Under the pieces are notes generated by a model. That model was not told the origin of the DNA. It saw only the letters and a list, made by a program, of their open reading frames with translations, and searched no databases. The translations under genes and the position numbers were made by a program. Shown here piece after piece: positions 36,274-44,525 of a stretch of DNA of 64,000 nucleotides. The DNA comes from an uncultured Candidatus Saccharibacteria bacterium (GTDB lineage: Bacteria; Patescibacteriota; Minisyncoccia; Phycocordibacterales; UBA5272), in the NCBI GenBank assembly GCA_964512315.1, contig CAZEIK010000002.1:45304-109303 (forward strand). The letters run 5' to 3'. The first letter of the stretch is position 1. Each line of letters begins with the position of its first letter.

Positions 36274-37506
36274 TTATGCTTGAGTAGACAGATACCTGTC
36301 TAACTCTTCTCTTGCTATACGCGCATCACTCCAAGGCTCCTTTTTGCCGTCAGCTCGCATAATGTATGGGTCGGTGCCTTTGCCTGTTATTAGAATTGTG
36401 TCGCCGGATTCAGCTTTTGATATAGCTAATCTTATAGCCAGCCTTCTATCTTGCTCAATTATTGGAGTATGAACAGTCACACCACTCGCAACATCGTTAA
36501 TAATCTCCATAACATCATCATCATAAGGATCTTCATCTGTTACTATTATTGTGTCGCAGTATTTATCCGCTAATTCACCAAGCTTAGGTCTTTTTGATTT
36601 ATCTCTACCACCACCACAAGACCCAAGTATAGCTATCTTTTTGCCAGGATAGGTCTTGTATAACTTCTCAAGGCTTTCAGGTGTATGAGCATAGTCAACA
36701 ACCACGCGGAAGCTTTGTCCGGCATTAACCTCTTCCACTCGCCCAGGGACCACAGTTAGATGCATTAGCGCTGAAGATATTTTATCTTCAGATATTCCTA
36801 GACTACGCGCAAATGTAGCCGCTGCCAAAGCGTTAACTTTGTTGAACTCCCCAGGCAGTGATATTTTTATGTCAGTAGCATCTTTTTCATAATAAGGTAT
36901 ATTGTGTTCTACGTTGTATATTAAAAAGTGAGGACCATTTTTGTCAGTGACATTTGCTATTATGCGGCGATTCTTTTTGCTTGACCTCGCAACAGATCTG
37001 GCTATGCGTAACTTGGCATCACGGTATTTCTCAAATGACCCATGCGACTCGATGTGCTCAGGTGTTAAGTTGGTGAATATTAGAGTGTTGAGTGAGGTAA
37101 AAGCGTGGCGCCAGAATTTTGACCCCTCGCTTGTAGTCTCTACTATTGCGAATTGGCACCCAGCATCAACGGCCTCGCGCAAGAACTTTTGTACGAAGAA
37201 TCTTCCTGGCATAGTCATCTTGTATAAGTTAGACTTGTTGTGGTCAGCTATTTTGAAACGTATTGTAGAGAGTATTGCAGTCTTGTATCCAGCTTCTTCT
37301 AATATTGCATTCACGAACTCTGTGGTTGTGGACTTGCCTTTGGTCCCAGTTATTGCAACTACATGTATTTTCCTAGCGGGGAAGCGATACATAACAGCTC
37401 CAACAAAAGACAACATAAGGTGATATGTCGGTTGGAAAAATTTATATACTTTTCTAGGTATCAACTTTTCTGTTCTGCGCAAAACTTTTTCTAATACTTT
37501 ATTCAT
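36274..37506 (-). CDS. murE: Mur ligase, MurE-like
   Basis: ITGTKGKSTT, FTNLTPEHIESH, VPGR.E, VDYAHTP, GGGRDKSKRP, EDPY, ITGKG. Confidence 0.88.
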   Translation of the reverse strand: MNKVLEKVLRRTEKLIPRKVYKFFQPTYHLMLSFVGAVMYRFPARKIHVVAITGTKGKSTTTEFVNAILEEAGYKTAILSTIRFKIADHNKSNLYKMTMPGRFFVQKFLREAVDAGCQFAIVETTSEGSKFWRHAFTSLNTLIFTNLTPEHIESHGSFEKYRDAKLRIARSVARSSKKNRRIIANVTDKNGPHFLIYNVEHNIPYYEKDATDIKISLPGEFNKVNALAAATFARSLGISEDKISSALMHLTVVPGRVEEVNAGQSFRVVVDYAHTPESLEKLYKTYPGKKIAILGSCGGGRDKSKRPKLGELADKYCDTIIVTDEDPYDDDVMEIINDVASGVTVHTPIIEQDRRLAIRLAISKAESGDTILITGKGTDPYIMRADGKKEPWSDARIAREELDRYLSTQA

Positions 37507-37515
37507 CTCTCTATT

Positions 37516-38085
37516 CTACTTTGTCTTGGATAAAATTTGAAGAGCCTCTCTAATGATCTCATTCATTGCTCCAGACGGTGATATATTGGTTAATGCTGAG
37601 GTAATATCTTTTTGATTGTAACCCAAGGTCTCAAGGGCAAGTCTCGCGTCACGCATAGCGTCAGTCTCATCTTTTGCGGCTTGATCCAAGTTGAATGAAT
37701 TCTTTAGCTCCAGTATTAACTTTTCTACAGTTTTCCTTCCTACACCAGGAACCTTGGGGAATAGGTCCACATTTGCAGATGCGATGGCTCTTATGATTGT
37801 GCTCGGTGTTGCTACTGACAGTATTCCTAATGCTGATTTAGGTCCCACACCAGAAACACTTATTAATTTTCTAAATAGCTGCCTCTCATTATCGTCAAAG
37901 AATCCGAATAGTGATATCTGGTCTTCGCGTACATGTGTATGAACGTATAATTCAATACTTGCGCCTGGCTGCAGAGCAATTAGGCTCGCTAGTGGAAGGT
38001 TGACTTCGTATCCTATGCCGCCCTGTACTATTAATATCTTGCTTTCGTCTATCAGTTTTACATCGCCAGCGAGGTATCCTATCAT
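37516..38085 (-). CDS. ruvA: Holliday junction DNA-binding protein RuvA
   Basis: Starts MIGYLAG (38085); GIGYEV, VREDQISLFGF, VSGVGPKSAL, ALETLGY. Confidence 0.95.
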   Translation of the reverse strand: MIGYLAGDVKLIDESKILIVQGGIGYEVNLPLASLIALQPGASIELYVHTHVREDQISLFGFFDDNERQLFRKLISVSGVGPKSALGILSVATPSTIIRAIASANVDLFPKVPGVGRKTVEKLILELKNSFNLDQAAKDETDAMRDARLALETLGYNQKDITSALTNISPSGAMNEIIREALQILSKTK

Positions 38086-38126
38086 CCTTTGATTATAACA
38101 CAAATCTGTGGTATCATTGTCCCCAT

Positions 38127-38390
38127 ATGGCAATTACCAAATCAGCAAAAAAAGCTCTTCGTGTAAGCGATCGTAAGAAGGTTGTAAATGACCGTCTATC
38201 GAAAACTATGAAAGAGGCTGTAAAAACAGTTCGCGCTAAAGTTCAAAAGTCTGATGCTTCTGCAAAAGACAGTCTTTCAAAAGCCTTCAAAGCTCTAGAC
38301 AAAGCAGCAAAGAGGGGAACAATTAAACGCGGAACAGCAGACCGCAAGAAGTCACGTCTTGCTAAAGCTGTAGCTAAGGTTTCTAAGTAA
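38127..38390 (+). CDS. rpsT: 30S ribosomal protein S20
   Basis: MAITKSAKKALR...LDKAAKRG.I....ADRKKSRL. Confidence 0.96.
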   Translation: MAITKSAKKALRVSDRKKVVNDRLSKTMKEAVKTVRAKVQKSDASAKDSLSKAFKALDKAAKRGTIKRGTADRKKSRLAKAVAKVSK

Positions 38391-38429
38391 ATTTAAAAGA
38401 ACGTCGACCGACGGGTCGGTGTTCCATAC

Positions 38430-38501
38430 GCTCTCGTAGTTCAATGGATAGAATTCAGGTTTGCGGTACCTGCGATGTAGGTTCGATTCCTACCGAGAGC
38501 A
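38430..38501 (+). tRNA. tRNA-Arg(GCG)
   Basis: GCTCTCG acceptor stem, D-arm AGTTCAATGGATAGAAT, anticodon arm CAGGT-TTGCGGT-ACCTG, GGTTCGATTCC. Confidence 0.92.
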
Positions 38502-38537
38502 CTAAAAATTAAAGAAAATCAAACATGGTTTTCAATT

Positions 38538-38581
38538 GAGTGAAGTGACTATATTTTGTGACCGATTCCTACCGAGAGCAC
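38538..38581 (+). repeat. tRNA-associated element, copy 3 (truncated), with a 19 bp duplicate of the tRNA-Arg 3' end
   Basis: GAGTGAAGTGACTATATTTTGTGACC matches copy 2 with one mismatch; CGATTCCTACCGAGAGCAC occurs at 38484-38502 and 38563-38581. Confidence 0.88.
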
Positions 38582-38606
38582 GTTCTAGTGAGATATACTA
38601 AATATC

Positions 38607-39179
38607 ATGAAAACTTTCTTTATTATCCCAGGCTTTAAACAAAAAGTGAATGATAAAAGTTTTGTGTGGTTAAAAGATTTTCTTACTAAAAAAGGATTTC
38701 GGGTGGTTATGGTTCCTGTTAAATGGAATCGAACTACGTTAACAGATTGTGCAGTTTTATTTGAGGATTTTTTTGATGAGAATAGAGGCGCAGAAAATTA
38801 TGTACTTGGTTTTTCCTATGGTGCTATTATTGCACTCATGACTGCAGAGAAACTTCAACCGAAGAAGCTTTTTCTGTGTTCACTAAGTTCTGATTTTAAA
38901 GAAGACGTTCCCAGTATGAGCGATGCAATAAAAAGATATATCGGCAAAAGAAGGGTGGACGATTGTTTGACTAGAAGCGGTAAAGATATTGCTAAAAAAC
39001 TTTCTATTCCTACGGTTATTTTTTATGGTGATAAGGAAGGAATTGAATATCCTCAACTTAAAAAGAGGTGTGAAGAAACCGCTCGTTTATCAGCAAGGAC
39101 AAAGATTGTAATTGTAAAAAACTCACCACACGATATATCTTTTCCAAGTTATAAAAAGGCTATTTGCGATTATGTTTAG
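38607..39179 (+). CDS. Alpha/beta hydrolase
   Basis: IIPGF, nucleophile elbow GFSYG, C-terminal PHD His. Confidence 0.8.
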   Translation: MKTFFIIPGFKQKVNDKSFVWLKDFLTKKGFRVVMVPVKWNRTTLTDCAVLFEDFFDENRGAENYVLGFSYGAIIALMTAEKLQPKKLFLCSLSSDFKEDVPSMSDAIKRYIGKRRVDDCLTRSGKDIAKKLSIPTVIFYGDKEGIEYPQLKKRCEETARLSARTKIVIVKNSPHDISFPSYKKAICDYV

Positions 39180-39208
39180 CGTTTATTATATTTATAAGTG
39201 ATATAAAT

Positions 39209-39961
39209 CTAAAACCACGGGAGCATGGCGTTAGTTTTGGATTTGTATTCTTGCCAGGCTTTGCGGACTTTCTCATCTGGATTTTTATCCCATCTTTTTT
39301 CTAACATCGGAACACCAGAGACAAAACGTAGTAGGTAAGTGATGAGAAGCGGTGAGACTATCATCCACCAGCGAGCAGGTTCGAGCGTTGCAATAAATAT
39401 TCCCCACCACATTGTAGCTTCACCAAAATAATTAGGGTGACGTGTGTATCTCCACAGTCCGCTAGTCATAATGCCACTAACACCACTTCGAATGAATTTA
39501 TCTAATTGATAATCACCCACAGCTTCGAAGATAAATCCAAATATCCAAATAACTAGACCCAAATAGAAGTATTTGGATGTGCCATCAAAAACAACAACAG
39601 GGGACACGATAATTGCTGCGATAGCGGCTTGGAGTATAAAAACTTGTAATAGGCTGCGTAAATAAAAATATAATTTGCCGCTCTTGCTCCAGAGTTCACG
39701 CCAAGCGGCGTATCTAAAGTCCTCAGGTTTGCCGGCATTTTTCTTATATATTCTATATGACAGTCTGATGCCCCAAGTCAAAACCAAGATTGTCACAATT
39801 ACTTTTTGTACAGAAGGGTTATCGTTTAAAAATAGGGAGGTTGTCGCAGCCACCATGAATCCATATGAATAACATATGTCAGCGATCGAGTTATCCTTTT
39901 TAAATATTGAAAAAATGAACACCACAATGGCAACTAAAAATATTAGTATAAATGGGGCCAT
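39209..39961 (-). CDS. DUF1295 / steroid 5-alpha reductase-like membrane protein
   Basis: WGIRL, EDFRY, GDYQL, GLWRYTRHPNYFGE, SGVPMLE. Confidence 0.9.
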   Translation of the reverse strand: MAPFILIFLVAIVVFIFSIFKKDNSIADICYSYGFMVAATTSLFLNDNPSVQKVIVTILVLTWGIRLSYRIYKKNAGKPEDFRYAAWRELWSKSGKLYFYLRSLLQVFILQAAIAAIIVSPVVVFDGTSKYFYLGLVIWIFGFIFEAVGDYQLDKFIRSGVSGIMTSGLWRYTRHPNYFGEATMWWGIFIATLEPARWWMIVSPLLITYLLRFVSGVPMLEKRWDKNPDEKVRKAWQEYKSKTNAMLPWF

Positions 39962-39975
39962 GTGTGTAGTATACT

Positions 39976-40440
39976 ATGGAGTATATGGAAGCTTTTAAGA
40001 TTGGTGATGGGGGTGGTGATATGTGGAATAGAAAAAACCAGGGAAGTGACGTGGAAAGTATTGAGGCTTTTTTGAGGGATAGGAGCAAAGGTTCGCGTGA
40101 GGCAGTAATTAAGAATGAGGCGTATGCAGATGTACCAAAAGAGCTCATATCGAATCCAAATATTTCAGAGATTGGCTTGGTTTTCTATGACGAGAGCTCT
40201 ACTTTGAACGATGGCGCAGAGATGTTTAAAAGAAAGGTTAGATTAGAGGTAGGTTTTAAAAACACAGAAGGACATAGAACTTACACTTTTGTTTTGCCTG
40301 AAGATTTGATTAAAATCCCAATCCAAGCAATGACTGAAATTTCCGGAGAAGAAAACCCAGTATTAGGCTATCAAAAATTTTACCCGATTAAAGAGCTTAT
40401 TCTAGAATCAGACAAAAAGATTAACAAAAGTTTGGCCTAG
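39976..40440 (+). CDS. Hypothetical protein
   Basis: 154 aa ORF, no recognisable motif. Confidence 0.6.
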   Translation: MEYMEAFKIGDGGGDMWNRKNQGSDVESIEAFLRDRSKGSREAVIKNEAYADVPKELISNPNISEIGLVFYDESSTLNDGAEMFKRKVRLEVGFKNTEGHRTYTFVLPEDLIKIPIQAMTEISGEENPVLGYQKFYPIKELILESDKKINKSLA

Positions 40441-40478
40441 AAAAAAACTAATATACGTGCTAGAATACTGTCTTATAA

Positions 40479-40564
40479 GGAAGTGTGGCCGAGTGGTTTA
40501 AGGCACCTGTCTTGAAAACAGACGACCCCTTAAAGGTCCGTGAGTTCGAATCTCACCACTTCCG
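40479..40564 (+). tRNA. tRNA-Ser(TGA)
   Basis: GGAAGTG...CCGAGTGGTTTAAGG...CTTGAAA, long variable arm, GTTCGAATC...CACTTCCG. Confidence 0.93.
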
Positions 40565-40572
40565 CTAAAATC

Positions 40573-41010
40573 ATGAAAATACATGAATTGGGTCATGTTG
40601 TGTTATATGTTTCTAATTTAGAAAAATCTGCGAATTTCTATCGAGATATTTTGGGTTTTAAAGAAATACATAGAGACTCGCACACTGCATTCTACTCAAC
40701 AGGTAGGACTCATCACGAGATGCTTCTGATTGAGGTTGGCGGACAGAAAGATGTAACCAATTATCCAAAGCCTGGACTCTATCATATTGGTTTTAAAATT
40801 GGTAATACCGATGACGAGCTGCGCGAAGCAAAAGATACTCTACTAAAAAATGGAATAGAAATAGTTGGCTCAGCCGATCATCATGTGACACATAGCTTGT
40901 ATATATTAGATCCAGATCAAAATGAGCTAGAGCTGTATATTGATGTAGATGACACCTGGAAGACGGACCATAGCAAAATACTAAATCCAACAAAAAGATT
41001 AGACCTCTAG
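40573..41010 (+). CDS. VOC/glyoxalase family protein
   Basis: LGHVVLYV..LEKS..FYRDILG, GLYHIGF, SLYILDPDQNELELY; start at ATG 40573. Confidence 0.9.
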   Translation: MKIHELGHVVLYVSNLEKSANFYRDILGFKEIHRDSHTAFYSTGRTHHEMLLIEVGGQKDVTNYPKPGLYHIGFKIGNTDDELREAKDTLLKNGIEIVGSADHHVTHSLYILDPDQNELELYIDVDDTWKTDHSKILNPTKRLDL

Positions 41011-41044
41011 GACAGGCAAAATGTTCTGTGTTAAAATACTAAGA

Positions 41045-41473
41045 ATGAAATATCTTGGTATAGATTATGGTAGTAAAAAAGTAGGATTTGCAGAAAGTGA
41101 TGACGAAGGCGCGTTAGCATTCCCAATGATGATAGCCGCAAATGATAAGTCATTACTACGCGACACATTAGAAGTTATAAAGGCGTTACATATACACACT
41201 GTTGTAATAGGAGAAAGCTTGGATGGCAAAGGTAAGCCAAACCCAATAGCAAAAGAAGCAAGAGAGTTCGGGGTTAACTTGGAGAATTCTTGTGATGTTA
41301 GGGTTGTTTTTGAAAAAGAATGGTACAGTACAGCAGAAGCTAGAAAGCAGCCAGAAGCCGGAGACAATGTGGATGACGCAGCAGCAGCTATAATCTTGCA
41401 GAGATATTTGGATAAAATTAATCCTAAGAAATATGCAGACGAGGAGGTAGAAGAGGAAGATAATGAAGATTAA
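41045..41473 (+). CDS. ruvX: YqgF/RuvX pre-16S rRNA nuclease
   Basis: YLGIDYGSKKVG.A.SD, VVIG, EWYST.EA, VDDAAAAIILQRYLD. Confidence 0.9.
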   Translation: MKYLGIDYGSKKVGFAESDDEGALAFPMMIAANDKSLLRDTLEVIKALHIHTVVIGESLDGKGKPNPIAKEAREFGVNLENSCDVRVVFEKEWYSTAEARKQPEAGDNVDDAAAAIILQRYLDKINPKKYADEEVEEEDNED

Positions 41474-41478
41474 ATATT

Positions 41479-41832
41479 ATGGAAAACGAAATCAAAATAG
41501 AAAATAATCACATTACAATAGATGACTTTGCAAAAGTTGAGATAATGCTAGGCACTATTATAAGCGCAGAAGAGGTGGAGGGTAGTGATAAGTTATATAG
41601 ACTCAAGGTTAATTTTGGGGAAGAAAGGGTGAGAAACGTTTTCTCTGGTATTAAGAAGTATATTACCACAGAAGAGTTGGTTGGTAAGCAGTTCCCATTT
41701 GTTACCAATCTTGAGCCACGCAAAATGATGGGTGATTATAGTGAGGCCATGATACTAGCTGGAAGTGTTGGGGATGACTTGGCATTAATGTCTCCAACTA
41801 AACAATTACCTAACGGAACCAAATTAAGGTAG
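41479..41832 (+). CDS. Stand-alone tRNA-binding OB-fold protein (MetG C-terminal/CsaA-like)
   Basis: ITIDDFAKVE...GSDKL...SGI...NLEPRKMMG..SEAMIL. Confidence 0.9.
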   Translation: MENEIKIENNHITIDDFAKVEIMLGTIISAEEVEGSDKLYRLKVNFGEERVRNVFSGIKKYITTEELVGKQFPFVTNLEPRKMMGDYSEAMILAGSVGDDLALMSPTKQLPNGTKLR

Positions 41833-41841
41833 ACTAATAAA

Positions 41842-42432
41842 GTGAGACACTTTTTAGAAAAAATATTTTCCCGGGTGGAAAAATTTGCTAATACAAAATA
41901 TAAGCTGCATGCGTTATTTTGGGTTGCTTTTACTGAGTCGTCTTTTTTCATAGTTCCGCCTGATGTGTTGGTGGCACCGATTGCTTTGTATAAAAAATAC
42001 ACACCCAGATTCCTTGCTATTTTTACTGGTGTAGCCAGCTCGCTCGGAGGCATTTTTGGTTATGGTGTAGGGTACTTTTTCTTTCACACCATTGGAGTTA
42101 AAATAATTAATTTTTATAATGCTTGGGAGGTGTTCGATAAGGTTAAACATCTGTATGAGGGTAGTACGTTCTTTACAGTTCTGGTTGCTGCTTTTACCCC
42201 GATACCATATAAAGTCTTTACAATAGCTGGTGGTATGTTTGGGGTTAATATTATTACTTTTACATTAGCATCCCTCTTGGGTAGAGGCACAAGATTCTAC
42301 CTGGTGGCGAAGCTATCTGAAAAGTATGGCCAAGATGCCCTAGGATTGATTTTAAAAAGGTACGATAAGGTGTTATTAGTAATAGGCGTTATTCTTTTAG
42401 CTGGTTTATACTTCTTATTAAATGAAAATTAA
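41842..42432 (+). CDS. YqaA/DedA family membrane protein
   Basis: FTESSFF..PPD, SSLGG.FGY, FTPIPYKVFTI.GG, GRG.RF. Confidence 0.92.
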   Translation: MRHFLEKIFSRVEKFANTKYKLHALFWVAFTESSFFIVPPDVLVAPIALYKKYTPRFLAIFTGVASSLGGIFGYGVGYFFFHTIGVKIINFYNAWEVFDKVKHLYEGSTFFTVLVAAFTPIPYKVFTIAGGMFGVNIITFTLASLLGRGTRFYLVAKLSEKYGQDALGLILKRYDKVLLVIGVILLAGLYFLLNEN

Positions 42433-42679
42433 AATAGAAGATACACAAATAGAAGTTCTAGCAAGAGATGGTTACAAAAATACCTTCAATTATGGCTCAT
42501 TACATATAGATGAGGCAGGCTTCCAAGCGGTAGATAATATTGTAGAAGCCACATCTAAACACATAGCTAGCGATGAGGAAGTGTTTGTTGAGTCAGTTCA
42601 AAATAACGTAGCCGCTAAGATGATAGGCAGGAAAATAGAGGACAAAATAAAACGAGAAGTTAGTTTTATTTATATTTAG
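42422..42679 (+). CDS. Hypothetical protein
   Basis: 85 aa, overlaps the upstream stop. Confidence 0.6.
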   Translation: MKIKIEDTQIEVLARDGYKNTFNYGSLHIDEAGFQAVDNIVEATSKHIASDEEVFVESVQNNVAAKMIGRKIEDKIKREVSFIYI

Positions 42680-43383
42680 TTATCAGATATTTTTCTGTAT
42701 ACAGCAACCGTTGCAAAGCAGAATACGCCAGCAAGTATTACTCCAGGAATGAAAAGCAGAGCAAAACCAATAGTCATGACAATTACAGATATTACATAAA
42801 ACGCTGCTAATTTGAATGCGTGAGGGTGGCATATTTTGTAGCTGTACTTAAGAGAGGCGATTACACCTTTTTGCCTGTCTATCATCGATAGAATTGAAAA
42901 TCCGAATAGGGTGTACACATACAATCCACCAATTATCGCAAAAGCTACCAGTAAGTATGATGTGAGGTCTGGTGCGTAGAAGTTGTCGCTATCAGCTAAA
43001 TGTATAGCAATAGGTAATACAAACACAAAAGACATTGCTCCGGTTATAAGTTGTATAAGTATATATCTCCAACAATCTCTTAATGTGTGTGAAGTTTTTT
43101 CAAAAAGATTTTTGATTGATACAGGGTGATTATCACTCGCGCGCAGTATGCCTTTTATCAAGTTATACCCTAAAAATACACCCACCAAGCTAAGCACAAA
43201 GTTAGCTAGGGCGTATATTGGACCTTGTTCTACTTGGAAGGACCAGTTTTTAATATACATATACATGTCTGCACCAGAAGTCACCAGTGAGATGATTAGC
43301 CCAGAAATTATTACGTATTTCCAGTTATTTTTGAATTTAGACCATCCGACCTTGTATGCATCTAGTATAGAAAATGTATTCAT
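42676..43383 (-). CDS. Integral membrane protein, DUF975-like
   Basis: About six TM helices; ASLKYS..I and G..L..IPG pattern. Confidence 0.75.
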   Translation of the reverse strand: MNTFSILDAYKVGWSKFKNNWKYVIISGLIISLVTSGADMYMYIKNWSFQVEQGPIYALANFVLSLVGVFLGYNLIKGILRASDNHPVSIKNLFEKTSHTLRDCWRYILIQLITGAMSFVFVLPIAIHLADSDNFYAPDLTSYLLVAFAIIGGLYVYTLFGFSILSMIDRQKGVIASLKYSYKICHPHAFKLAAFYVISVIVMTIGFALLFIPGVILAGVFCFATVAVYRKISDN

Positions 43384-43446
43384 ACAAAAAGTATAGCAGA
43401 TTTTGATGTTTAGTTAGTATTTGTTGCCACAGATACTTTTTAAAAT

Positions 43447-43563
43447 TGGTGTCCCTGCTAGGAATCGGTCACAAAATATAGTCGCTTCACTCCTTATTTC
43501 GCGACCCCGTATTCGACTCCTAAAAGCAAAACCTAAGTTTTGCTTTTGTGTACACTTTACAAG
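43447..43563 (-). repeat. tRNA-associated element, copy 2 (complete, 3' of tRNA-Arg TCT)
   Basis: On the tRNA-sense strand: two hairpins, TAGGAGTCGAATACGGGGTCGCGAAA..TATATTTTGTGACC, then GATTCCTAGCAGGGACACCA (tRNA 3' end copy with one mismatch, plus CCA). Confidence 0.9.
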
Positions 43564-43635
43564 TGTCCCCGCTAGGAATCGAACCTAGATCTAGAGCTTA
43601 GAAGGCTCTCGTTCTATCCATTGAACTACGGGGAC
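43564..43635 (-). tRNA. tRNA-Arg(TCT)
   Basis: GTCCCCGTAGTTCAATGGATAGAAC...CTTCTAA...GGTTCGATTCCTAGCGGGGACA. Confidence 0.95.
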
Positions 43636-43681
43636 AATGGAATAGCATATACTCTAGCATATTTTTGTTATACTTGGAATT

Positions 43682-44164
43682 ATGGAACACATAGATAAAG
43701 TAGACACTCTTTCTGCTGCAGATAAACACAACTCACCGCTTGAGGGGGATTACGGTTTCGATAAAAATAAGACAGCTACAAGTATGTTAATAGAAATGTT
43801 ACCAAAACCATTTGAGGAGATTCTGGAAATCTCTCGTTCGGACGAAAAAGTCTTCAAGGCTTTTAAGGAAATGGTTAAGCAGTCATTTAGATATATGTTA
43901 ACCATTCATGAATTGCAAGAAGAGATAAAAAATTCCCAAGTTGGTAGTGAGGAGTTTCAAAGAAAAGACGCCAGTAGAACCAGGACTCATAACTCAACAA
44001 TTGACTCAATAAATATATGGTCAAGGTCTTTAAGATATGCAGATATAGATAATGGTTTTTTACAAAACGTTGTTCAGAACAGAGTGTCGTACGGTAATTT
44101 TGCTATGGGTATCGCGGCAGCTGTTTACTTAGATAAAAAGCTTTTTAATGAGTTGACACAGTAG
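43682..44164 (+). CDS. Hypothetical helical protein
   Basis: 160 aa; TATACT 7 nt before the ATG. Confidence 0.7.
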   Translation: MEHIDKVDTLSAADKHNSPLEGDYGFDKNKTATSMLIEMLPKPFEEILEISRSDEKVFKAFKEMVKQSFRYMLTIHELQEEIKNSQVGSEEFQRKDASRTRTHNSTIDSINIWSRSLRYADIDNGFLQNVVQNRVSYGNFAMGIAAAVYLDKKLFNELTQ

Positions 44165-44211
44165 TGATTATATTATACAATATATTTCTTACTTTTTCTT
44201 TGGGGTATAAA

Positions 44212-44388
44212 ATGGCCTGTAAAGGTCGAAACAAAGACCGCGCAACCCTAAAACAGTTGACGGCAAAAGAGATACGTTCCGCGTTGGTTTCTGGCGCAAA
44301 GACGGATGTAATTGAAAACGTTTCTGACCGCGACCGCCTGCAGGGCGTGGAGCAAATTTTGAAAGGATACATTAATGAGAAAAAGTAA
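44212..44388 (+). CDS. Small hypothetical protein (58 aa)
   Basis: MACKGRNKDRATLKQ...; ATG at 44212. Confidence 0.45.
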   Translation: MACKGRNKDRATLKQLTAKEIRSALVSGAKTDVIENVSDRDRLQGVEQILKGYINEKK

Positions 44389-44421
44389 AAGCCGCACAGT
44401 GTCACTGGCGACTTTTATAAT

Positions 44422-44497
44422 TGGTGGGGGATAAGGGATTTGAACCCCTGACCTTCGCAGTGTAAATGCGCTGCTCTACCAACTGAGCTAATCCCCC
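44422..44497 (-). tRNA. tRNA-Val(TAC)
   Basis: GGGGGATTAGCTCAGTTGGTAGAGC...TTTACAC...GGTTCAAATCC...CCCCCACCA. Confidence 0.95.
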
Positions 44498-44525
44498 GAA
44501 TATGTGCTAGTATAATACAGTATTT

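Noticed and set aside
21826-38085. ruvA separated from ruvB-ruvC as a sign of a special rearrangement
   Set aside because: Split ruv loci are common and all three genes are intact
40540-40572. ORF-track N-terminal extensions (also 46692-46850, 46813-46887, 38086-38133, 13072-13143, 28671-28727, 56068-56145)
   Set aside because: They overlap tRNAs, promoters or neighbouring genes; downstream ATGs fit family N-termini and -10/SD spacing better
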